From: Myxococcota bacterium
Lineage (GTDB): Bacteria > Myxococcota_A > SURF-8
Length of the DNA stretch: 64,000 nt
NCBI GenBank assembly: GCA_963674735.2
Contig: CAXXQS010000001.1
Coordinates: 1,056,001 to 1,120,000, forward strand
Reading direction: 5' to 3'
The position numbers and the translations under genes are program-made. The notes under the pieces are model-generated. The model did not search any database. It saw nothing but the letters and a program-made list of their open reading frames with translations, and was not told the DNA's origin. Position 1 is the stretch's first letter. Each line of letters begins with the position of its first letter. Below are positions 19,066-31,000 of this stretch, one piece after another.

Positions 19066-22000
19066 TTAGAGCCCGTTGCTTGCATTGATCACCACCGCAT
19101 CGCAAATGGGATCGGTCGCTGAAGGATCGTAGTAAACCCGTACATAGTAGGTGGCCGATTCATCCGTGCAGAAACGGTAAGGCCAGTTCGATTCATAGCT
19201 TGGGGCGAAAGTCGGCATCCATTCTTCGGGACGACATGGGCATTCGCCCGAAGTTCCCGGCCCCACAGTCGGGTCGCTGAAGTTGTAATAATCGTTGAAT
19301 TCAACCGTGTCGCTGCAGGCCAGCTGACTTCCCTGGCATCCACCTCGGTAAATATCGAAGCGGAACAGATTTCCCGGGTTATCGGATAACCAGACGTGAA
19401 GCGAGAAATTGTCGCAGGAAACATCCAGGGTATCGTTGGCGTAGAACATCAGCCAGGCTTCGTCGGCGGTGTTCAATAACTGAATCGATTCCGAAAGCAC
19501 CATACCTGGCAGTTCGTCGGAAAGATTGGAGCCTCCGGGCAACAGATCGGCTTCATTGCATGTTGGTGAATCGGGAAGCGCGGTTGCTTCGCATTCGCAA
19601 CCATCGGATGAATCCTCGTTCAAATCGAAATAGCCATCCAGGCAAGCTCCAACCTGACATTCGCCGTCGACGCAGGTTCCCTGTGCGTTGCTGTATTCGC
19701 AGGATTGGTTGCAAGCTCCGCAGTGAACGCTCCAATTGTAATTTCCTTGGGCATCCTTGAAATCCTCGTCTGTCTGACCATCGCAATCGTCATCGAGGTA
19801 ATTGCACACCTCATCCGTTCCCTGATAGGCGGTACCGCTGAAGTCGGTGCTGCAAATCGTGGCCAATCTGGCTGGATCGTTTGGATCACATTCGGTACGG
19901 CCCGGACCGCATAAGCCTTCCCCGATGCAGCCGACACCTAGGTCGAAACCTTCGTCGGTTATCCCATCGCAGTTGTTATCGAGGCCATCGCACACTTCGT
20001 CTTCGGCATTTTGCCACGCGGTGCATTCGATTCCCTGATAATCTTCACGGCAGACCCATTCACCGGTTCCGCACAAGCCAGGACTGCAAGGCTGGTTCTT
20101 TTCGGGCCACAACTCATCGGTCTGGCCGTCGCAGTCGTTATCCTTTTCGTCGCACAATTCCTGCTTGCCGCCAACTTCAGGATCGTCGTAATCCGATCCG
20201 CCCGGATTGGTCGAGCAAATGGCGGAGTATAAACCGAAGCACTCCCATTGCCCGATTCCGCATTCACCATCGCCGACGCAGAACTCTGTAAGCGAGTACC
20301 CTTCGTCGGTTTGATAGTCGCAATCGTTATCGAGACCATCGCAGCGTTCGGGGCGTCCTGCGTAGGCCGAACCGCCATAGAGCGTCGAACAGCGCGTGGT
20401 GCTGAGAGTGGCACACTCAAGAACGCCATTCGGGCATTCTCCCACGCCATTGCAACTAGATCCAATGCTGAAGTCTTCGTCCGTTTGGCCGTTGCAATTG
20501 TCGTCTTTGTTGTTACAAGTCTCGGTGACCGGGTTATATTGGCTCCCGGTGCCGCGGTCATCTTCGTAGGCAATAGTCGAGCAGCGGGTGCGTTCTTCCG
20601 TGTCGTCGCATTCCCAAACGCCGGTTCCGCATTCTCCCACACCTTGGCAGAAGGTGTTGAGCAGGCCTCCACAATTCAGTCCGTTGCAGTATGGCCATTC
20701 TTCATTGGGGTCACTCGGATCGAGACTGCGGTAATCTTCGTCGATCAGACCATCACAGTCGTTGTCCACTCCGTCGCATTTTTCCGGGCTACCGGTATAG
20801 GCCGAACCGCCAAACTCAGTGGAACAGATAACATCGTAGAGACTCCCGCATTCATAAACTCCGGCGTTGCATCCCTGCGAGGGTTGGCACGCGGATCCGA
20901 CACCGAATGTTTCGTCGGTGAGCCCGTTGCAGTCGTTATCCACTCCATCGCACAACTCGGGAACGGCTTGTGAGTTGCTGCCGCCCGGCATCGACGAGCA
21001 GATCGTGTTGTGTGCTCCGAAGCATTCGATAACGCCTTGTCCGCAGCCACCGATGCCCGTACAAACGGCACCGACGTTGAAGTTTTCATCGAAGGAACCA
21101 TCGCAATCGTTGTCTTTTGCGTCGCAGATTTCGGGACTGGTATCGGGGCTCGACCCGTTTGCATCGGATGAACAGCGTGTTGTGATGGGGGTGTCGCATT
21201 CGATGAACCCGGCCCCACATTCTCCCAAACCATCGCAAGACTGTCCGATGTTGTAAATTTCATCGGTTCGGCCGTCGCAGTTGTTGTCGAGATCGTCGCA
21301 AAGTTCGGGTTCTGCTTCCGATTGAGAACCATTGGGACTTGTAGAGCAGATCGAGGTGAAAACATTCAGGCATTCCAGGACTCCGGGACCACATTCACCC
21401 TGAGGCTGGCAAGATTGACCGATGTTGTAGTTTTCATCGGTCTGGCCGTCGCAATCGTTATCGATGCCATCGCAAAGTTCCATCGTAGACATATTGGCCG
21501 ATCCACCAGGCATGGTGGAACAACGAGTGCTTCCCTGGTCGTCGCATTCAAGCACGCCGCTTTCACACTGACCGACCCCGGGACAAGCCGTGCCGAGTGG
21601 GAAGTCTTCGTCGGTTTGTCCGTCGCAGTCATTATCCATACCGTCGCAAATTTCGCTACCGGAAGGATTGTATTGAGATCCTCCGAAACTGGTGGAACAA
21701 ATAAGGCTACCGGCATCGGCGCATTCGTAAATGCCGTAGTGGTCGCTGCAGCCTCCCGTGCCGACGCAGGGATTGCCGAGATCCGGCCAATCTTCATCGG
21801 TTTGCCCATCGCAATCGTTGTCCAAACTATCGCAGATTTCGGGCGATTGGGCCGTTTGAGAACCGTCGGGGTCGCTGGAACAGATGGCGAGATTTTGATT
21901 GCTCGGATGGCATTCAATGACTCCGGTTCCACACTCACCCACACCGTTACATTCAAGTCCTACGCCGAAATCTTCGTCGGATTGTCCATCGCAATCATTG

Positions 22001-25000
22001 TCGAGTCCGTCGCACAATTCGGTGGATCCGCCGTAAAAGCCGCCATTGATGTCTGTCGAACACACCGCCTGATTTTCATCGAGACATTCAAGAGCGCCCA
22101 AACCGCATTCGCCCACTCCTTCGCAGGGTTGACCGACCCCGAAGTCTTCATCGGTGGCCCCGTCACAGTCGTCGTCGATATGGTTGCATTTTTCGGGAGA
22201 GCCGGAATACTGCGAACCGCTTGGATCCGTCGAACAGCGAACATCGTGTTCACCGTCGCATTCCAAAATACCATAGCCGCATTTTCCGGTTCCAAGGCAA
22301 GAAATCGGCTGCCATGTTTGAGAGTTGAGTAGGAACGTTTCGTCGATTTTGCCGTCACAATCGTTGTCTCGACCGTCGCAGATTTCATTCACACCTTCGT
22401 ACTCACTGCCTGCAATGTCGGTCGAACAGCGGAAAGCGGTTTCGTTTTTGCACTCGTAGACGCCGATTCCGCATTCCCCGATGCCTTCACAACTCTGACC
22501 GACAAGATAGTCTTCGTCGGTTTGGCCGTCGCAATCGTTATCGAGATGGTCGCAGAGCTCGAAGGATCCCGCGTAGTCGCTGCCTTCGATATCCGTGGAA
22601 CAACGGGTTTGGTTGGTTCCGGGGACGCATTCGATATTCCCGGCGCCGCACAATCCGATACCCTCGCAGATCGTATCGAGATTGTATCCCTCATCGGTTT
22701 CACCGTCGCAGTTGTTGTCCAAGCCGTCGCACAATTCAGTGGCCCCTTGGTGCTGGCTTCCTCCAAAGTCGGTGGAACAGCGGCTGGAACCGGATTCGTC
22801 GCATTCGTAAACGCCTTGTCCGCAGGCGCTGCTGGTGTTGCAGACTTGGCCGATATTGAAGCCTTCATCGGTTTCGGTGTCGCAGTCGTTGTCTAATCCA
22901 TCGCAAATTTCCAACTGCGATCCGTCACCCGACCCCTCGGGACCGCTGGAGCAGCGGGAGGTGCCGTCAGGCGCGCATTCGATGATGCCGGACCCGCATT
23001 CTCCGGGAGACGAGCAGGCTTCTCCTACTTGCATGCCTTCATCGGTTTGCCCGTTGCAATTGTCATCGAGATTATTGCACAACTCCTCATGGGGAATATA
23101 TTGAGATCCGCCGGGATTGGTGGAGCAAAGACTGTTGACGGTATTGATGCATTCGTAAACCCCGGCTCCGCACTCGCCGATTCCGTCGCAAGACTGGCCG
23201 ACCAGGAAGTCTTCGTCGGTTTGACCGTCGCAATCATTATCAATGCCATCACAGAGTTCGGATTCGGGCGTGTATTGGCTTCCTCCCAAGGAGGTCGAAC
23301 AAATCCGCGTATCGGCATTCAGACATTCCCAGACACCCGATCCGCATTGACCTTGACCTTGGCAGCTTTCACCAATCTCGAAATCTTCATCGATCAAGGT
23401 GTCGCAGTCGTTGTCATTACCGTCGCACAATTCGATCTGGCTGTTGTCGTGCGTTCCTCCGGGGTTGGATGAACATTGAATACCGCTTTGCGCGGATGTG
23501 CATTCTGTGATGCCGGCGCCGCAGGATCCAATACCGGTGCAAGGATCGCCGAGGTCGAATGTTTCATCCGTCAGTCCGTCGCAATCGTTGTCCTTGCCGT
23601 CGCAAAGCTCAGACATTCCCAAGTAGGCGCTACCACCGGGAGCCGTAGAGCAGATGGCGAGGGCTGGGGTGTCGCATTCGACGATACCCATTCCGCATTC
23701 GCCGGGACCATCGCAAGCCTCCCCAAGCGGGATCGACGTCGTACCTTCGTCGAGGAAGAAATCTTCGTCGGTCAGGTAGTCGCAGTCGTCATCCTGTCCA
23801 TTGCAGCTTTCGGGAGAACCGGTCCAATTGCTGCCGCCGAATTGGGTCGAACACCGGACGGAGCTGGGAGTGTCGCATTCCAGAACGCCGCCGCCGCAGG
23901 GGCCGGGGGCCGTACACGGTTCACCGATCGGGAAGGATTCATCGGTTTCGCCGTCACAGTCGTTGTCTTTTTGGTCACAACGTTCCGTGATACCATCGAA
24001 AGCCGACCCGCCGGGGTTGGTCGAACAGATCGAGCGGGTGGGGTCGTTCGCGTCGCATTCGATGATGCCCAAACGGCATTCGCCGATGCCGTCGCAGGTG
24101 TCTCCCAGTTGGAACCCTTCATCGGTCCGGCCATCACAGTTATTATCGAGATTGTCGCATAATTCGGTGCTTCCGCCATAGTGACTGCCGCCCAAATCGA
24201 CGTCGCAGCGGATAGATGTGTCATTGGCACATTCGGTCACACCTTGGCCGCATTCGCCTTCACCCTCGCAAACCTGGCCGATCGCGAAATCCTCATCCGT
24301 TTGCGAGTCGCAATCGTCGTCGACGCCGTTGCAAAACTCCGTTCGTCCCCCGAATTCGGAGCCGCCACTGTCCGTACTGCAAACGATTCCGTCTTCATCG
24401 AGGTTGCATTCGTAGACACCGATACCGCAAGCGCCGACACCGTCGCAGGCTTGGCTTAACGTGGGCCAGTCTTCATCCGTTTGTGTATCGCAATCATCGT
24501 CGAGCCCGTTGCAGCGTTCGCCGGTCGGGTTGAACTGCGATCCGCCGGGGTCGGTGGAGCAGATGGGGGTTGTAGCATCTAGACATTCCATCAGTCCCTG
24601 ACCACAGCCTCCGCTGCCCGTACAAAGAATGCGTTCACCATAAACATCGAAAATGCCGAAACCTTCGTCGATCAATCCGTCGCAGTCGTCGTCACTCAGG
24701 TTACAGCTCTCGCTAACTCCCTCGTACTGAGACCCTCCCCATTCAGACGAACACCGCACGCCTCCGATCCCGTTGCACTCATTCACACCTTGCCCGCATT
24801 CTCCCAAACCGTCACAGCTTTGGCCGAGGTCGAAGTCCTCATCGGTCAGACCATCGCAGTCGTCATCCTGGCTGTTGCAGGATTCCGGAAGGTCTTCGCT
24901 TTGGCTGCCGTCGATGTCGGTGCTGCAAATCGTGGTCAACGCGTTCTGAGGGTCGCACTCCTTCACTCCGGGACCGCATTCGCCGACTCCGTTGCAGCTT

Positions 25001-28000
25001 GTTCCGAGTTGGTATCCTTCGTCGGTAACGCCATCGCAATCGTTGTCGAGACCATCGCAGAGCTCGTCGACACCTGCATACTCGCTTCCGCCGATATCGA
25101 CCGAGCAACGTCTGGCGGTGAGAGTGGCGCATTCATATACGCCTGAGTCGCATTCCCCCTGACCGGTGCAAGAGTTTCCGATGTCGAAATCTTCATCGGT
25201 TTCAGAATCGCAATCATCGTCGAGCCCATTGCAGACTTCCTGATTGGTTCCATATTGAGAACCGCCCGGGTCTTTGGAACAGCGTGTTTGTGATGGATCA
25301 TCGGTATTGCACTCGACAAACCCGATGCCGCATGCTCCCCCGGCATCGCAGGTGTCGCCGAGATTCGGGAAATCTTCATCCGTTTCGCCGTCGCAATCGT
25401 TGTCGAGTTGGTCGCAAAGTTCGGCTTGTCCACCGAAGTCAGGATTCGCGATGCAATTCTCGGGATCTTGTGCCGGATCGCAGCTTACGCAATCTCCGGG
25501 GTTGTAATAGGGATCACAGGTCGATAAGACGTATGGCAGGTCGACCGAGCAGACGCGTTCATCCGGTCCGTTGCAGAGCCACGAACCGAATGCGAGCAAA
25601 CAGACCCCGGTGCCGTTGCAGCCGTATCCGATCTGGTAGTCTTCATCGACTTGAGTATCGCAGTCGTCGTCAAGGCCGTTGCAGAGTTCCACCTGCTCAT
25701 CGTAAGCGGAACCTCCGGGATTCGTGGAGCAAATGTAAGATGAGTCGTCTTCGGGGTTGCACTCATAGACACCGGTCGGGCAGGCTCCGATTCCCAAACA
25801 AGTCGAGCCGACCGGGAATGTTTCATCCGTGTAACCGTCGCAATCGTCATCGAGCAGATTGCAGCGCTCGGTAATGGACTGATCTTCAGATTGGAACGGT
25901 TCGGTAGAGCAGGCGCGCGTCGATTCGGTTTTGCATTCCCAAGTGCCGATTCCGCACTGGCCCACCCCGTCGCAAAGCTCGCCGATACCGAAATCTTCAT
26001 CGATGCGACCATCGCAGTCGTTGTCCAGGCTATCGCAAGCTTCAGGCTCCCCGGCATATTCGGAACCACCGGATGATGTGGAGCAGACGGCTTCCTGATT
26101 GCCTCCGCATTCCCACTCTCCGGGGTCGTCGGCGCATTCTCCGATTCCGCTACAGCTTTCTCCAAGGTCGAAATCTTCATCGGTTTCGGTGTCGCAGTCG
26201 TCGTCGATGCCGTTGCAAAGCTCGGAAGAACCGTCGTACTCCGTTCCGCCCACGTCCGTGGAACAGCGAACGCTGCCGGAAACATTGCACTCGTAAACGC
26301 CTTCGCCGCAAGCACCGATACCGTTGCACAGTTGGCCGAGGGCGTAGTCCTCATCGGCGACGCCATCGCAATCGTCGTCGAGCCCGTTACAGCTTTCCGT
26401 GCCGCTATCGTCAGCGGACCCGCCGGGGTCGGTCGAGCAGCGGTTGCTGATCAACGATGCGCATTCGAATTGGCCAATTCCACATTCGCCCGTTCCGTCA
26501 CAGGTGTCGCCGATAAAGAAATCCTCATCGGTTTGTCCGTCGCAGTCGTTGTCGAGATCATCGCAGGATTCAGGGATATCTTCTCGATGAGAGCCCTCGG
26601 GATCGGTGGAGCAGATCGTGGAAAGCGGGTCGCCGGGGCGGCACTCAATCATGCCCTGGCCGCACTCGCCTTCGCCGTCACAGATTGCGCCGACAAAGAA
26701 ATCTTCATCGGTTTGCGCGTCACAATCGTCATCGATATCGTTACAGGTTTCATTTACGCCTTCATAGTCGTCATGACCCACAAGCGAGCTTGAGCAGGTA
26801 ACCTCCAAGGCGTTTAAGCAAACCCAAACACCCAGACCGCAGGGGCCTTCGCCGTCGCAAAGTCCTCCGATATTGTAATCCTCATCGGTCTGGCCGTCGC
26901 AATCATTATCGAGAGAATCACATTGTTCGTCGGACCCGGAATAGGCCGAACCGTTGAAGTTGGTGCTGCAGAGCCGGACGCTGCTGTCGTCGAGATCGCA
27001 TTCCCAAACTCCGTTGGGACATTCTCCGACGCCGCTGCAGCTTTGGCCGATATCGAAATCTTCGTCTTTTTGACCATCGCAGTCGTTGTCTTTGCCATCG
27101 CAAAGCTCGGGCTTGCCGCCGACCAGCGGGTTGTCGTATTGGGAACCCCCGATGTCCGTGGAGCAGCGCGCATGGGTTGTGTCGGCGCACTCGATCAGAC
27201 CCGATCCGCATTGGCCGATACCATCGCAGCTTTGGCCGACCAGGAAATCTTCATCCGTCAAACCATCGCAATCGTTATCTAAACCATCGCAAAGCTCGGT
27301 CACGTTCGTATACTCGCTGCCGCCGGGGTTGCTGGAACAGCGTGTGTTATCGGGACCTGCGCATTCAAGCACGCCATTTGCACATTCACCGATGCCGAGA
27401 CAGGCTGCCCCCACCCCGAAATCTTCATCGATCAAGCCGTCGCAATCATCGTCCTGTTCATTGCAGATTTCGGTTTCACTCCCATCGGACGATCCTCCGA
27501 TGTCGGTGGAACAGATCCAGCTTGAAGGGTCGGTGGGGTGGCATTCGCGGACGCCTTCACCGCAAATTCCGACTCCGTTGCAGGGCAGTCCCAGGCTGAA
27601 ATTCTCATCGGTCGACCCATCGCAGTCGTTGTCTTTATTGTCGCACAATTCCGAAACGGGTACATAGGCCGAACCGCCGGGATTGGTCGAACAGATGGCG
27701 CGGCTGAAACTGAAACATTCCAACTGGCCCTGCGGACATTCTCCGACGCCTTCGCAGGCGGACCCGATGTTGTAATCTTCATCCGTTTGGGAGTCGCAAT
27801 CGTTATCGATGTCGTCGCACCACTCCAGCTTGGCCTGATTCTCGCTGCCGCCGGGTTCGGTCGAACAAATAATGGAGTTCGCGTCTGCCGGATCGCATTC
27901 GAGTGCACCGGAACCGCAATAGCCTTCACCTTCACAAGAATCGCCCAACGGAAAATCCTCGTCGGTCTGGCTGTCACAGTCATCATCGAAGCCGTTGCAG

Positions 28001-31000
28001 AGTTCGGAAACGGATTGATCCTGACTGCCATCGACGTCGGTGCTGCATATCGCCCGGTTCGTGTCGGTCGGATGACATTCGGTGATGCCGGAACCGCAGA
28101 CTCCGATGCCGTTGCATGGTAAGCCGATGTTGAAGTCTTCATCCGAAAAACCGTCGCAGTCGTTATCAAGACCATCGCATACATCGGTGCTGGACTGATC
28201 GTCCCGGCCACCCATATCCGTGCTGCATATCGTGGCGGACGAATCGTCGGGAGCGCACTGAAGCTGCCCTTGGCCGCATTCACCGATACCATCGCAGCTT
28301 GTCCCAATACTGAAGCCTTCATCGGTTTGATCGTCGCAATCGTTATCGACCTCGTCGCAGATCTCCGTCGTCGATTGATCGGCTGATCCGCCGGGGAGAG
28401 TCGAACAACGTGTGGCATGCAGACCGTTACACTCCAGGATACCGTCTCCGCAGGCTCCGATTCCGCTGCAGGAAGCCCCGATATTGAAGCCTTCATCGGT
28501 AGCACCATCACAGTTGTCGTCTACTCCGTTGCAGACTTCTTCGGAGTTGTTGTACTGGGATCCGCCCGGTGCTTTGGAGCAAATGGTTTGGGTGGCATCG
28601 CTCTGCATACACTCGATGACACCGACATTGCAGTCGCCGACGCCATAGGTACACAGATCGCCGAGTGTGGGAAAGTCTTCATCGGTCTGGCCGTCGCAAT
28701 CGTCGTCGAAAGCATTGCAAAGCTCATCGGCGTGTTGATGCTGGCTACCGCCGATATCGGTCGAGCAGAGCGTGCGTGTTGGGTTGGATGCGTCGCATTC
28801 GGTAAGCCCTTCGCCGCAAACGCCAATGCCTTCGCAGATAACACCGACTGAGAATCCTTCATCGGTTTGGCCGTTGCAATCGTTGTCTTTGTCGTCGCAT
28901 ATCTCCGTTACATCCTGTGGATTCGAGCCTAGTGCGTCGGTGGAACAGACGGTCTGGTTAGCGTTTGTCGGATGGCACTCGACCAAACCTTCCCCGCATT
29001 CGCCTTCGCCGTTACAGGCCGAACCCAGGCTGAAATCTTCATCGGTTTGTCCGTCGCAGTCGTTGTCGTGGTTATCGCAGATCTCTGCCGAGCCGTCGTA
29101 GGAACTGCCGCCGGGACCGGTTGAGCATTGTACGATATTTTGCGCATCGCATTCCACAACACCCGCGCGACATTCGCCGGGAGGTTGGCAGGCCTCTCCC
29201 ACGCCTAAACCGCCATCGGTCAAGCCGTCGCAGTCGTCGTCCAGATTGTTGCAGAGTTCTTCCTTGGATTGATCGTCGGAGCCTCCCGGTTCGCTGCTGC
29301 AAATTGTTCGATTGTCGTTATCCGGGTCGCATTCGACAACTCCGATACCGCATTCTCCCGTACCGTCGCAGAGAACACCCAAAGAGAAGGCCTCGTCGAC
29401 TTGATTGTTGCAGTTGTTGTCTTTGCCGTCGCATACTTCTGGTGCGGATTCGTCGCTCGTTCCTCCGGGTTCCGTGGAACAGATTACGCCGATCGGGTTG
29501 TTGGGATCGCATTGTGTGACTCCGGCTCCACACTCACCCGCGCCATCGCAGGCTTCATCAAGATTGAATCCTTCATCGGTGGAGTCGTCGCAGTCGTTGT
29601 CTTTGCCGTCACAGATTTCGGCACTGCCGTCGTAAGCGCTACCACCGAAAGCGGTGGAGCAACGAGTGAGGTAGAGTCCATCGCATTCGATGACACCTTC
29701 ACCGCACTCGCCGGGAGGTTGGCAGGGGTTGCCGAGTTCGAGCTCTTCATCGGTTTGTCCGTCGCAATCGTCATCGAGATTGTTGCATAGTTCCCCGTTC
29801 GGAATGTGGGACGATCCTCCAATATCCGTTGAGCATAAGGTGAGATTTTCATCTTGCGGGTCGCATTCGATCACGCCTTCGCCGCATTCGCCCACACCAT
29901 CGCAGAGCGTGTCGACATCGAAGCCCTCATCCGTCTGTGTATCGCAGTCATCATCGAGGCCGTTGCAGTATTCGGTGCCGCCGGAGTATTCCGAGCCATC
30001 GATATCGGTGGAACACACGGATTCGTTCGCGTTCTTGCATTCGATAAGACCCAGGCCGCATTGACCGATGCCGTCGCAGCTTTGGCCGATATCGAAACCC
30101 TCGTCGGTTTGCCCATCGCAGTCGTTATCCTTGGCATCGCAGATTTCATCGACGCCTTCATAAACCGAGCCCATGCGATCAGTCGAACAAACGGTGAATT
30201 GCGGATTTTCAGGGTGGCACTCGATGTGTCCCTGCCCGCATTCGCCCAGACCTTCGCAGGCCGTCCCGAGATCGAACTGTTCATCGGTTTGGCCGTCGCA
30301 GTTATTGTCTTCGGTATCGCATACTTCCACTCCGCCGTTGGAATAGCAGCAGTAATACTCACAATCGGACGGATCATCGTCGATATCGTGCCAGCATTCT
30401 TCGCAGTTACGTCCCGAACCGGCCAGGTAGACCGTCGTGACGGGATTATCCAGATCGGATGAGTGAATGTTTACGCGGCAGGTGTAAGTGGTGACCGCCA
30501 ACGGCAAAAACGAAACGCCGAAGGTGAAGGATTCGTGTCCTTCGGTACCCGGAGTGATGTCGAAGGGGAGCGATGCTGAAGCGCCGGAGATGGAGAATTC
30601 GCTGCCGGTGCCATTATCGATCTCGATGTCCAGCCGTTCGATGGTCAGAGGGCCGAAACCGCTGTTCGTAATCACAAATTCGCGTGGCCCGAATGTTTGG
30701 TAAACTTGCAAACGTCCGAAGTCCCAAGGGGAATTCTCTGCCGTTGCCGGAGTGACGGCAATCAAGGGATTGATGGCGTAGCCGGACAGACCGATGCGGG
30801 TCTCGGGACGTTCGGGATCGTTGCTTTCGAGTAGCAGGGTGGCGGCATCGGCACCGGGCGGAAGCTTGGGTTGATAGGTCAGAGTGAAGAGCGTCTCGGC
30901 TTCCGGTTGAATCGGATCGGCCGGATTGGGGCTGATTCTGAAATCAAGTTGACCGCTGGGAAGCAAACTGATGGGATTGAGGAGAAGCTCCACTTCCCCT

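Noticed and set aside
19760-30330. Periodic ~180-nt DNA repeats (e.g. CCGTCGCAATCGTT) resembling a CRISPR or DGR array
   Set aside because: The repeats are degenerate at synonymous positions and lie in frame in one CDS; no cas or reverse transcriptase gene is present.
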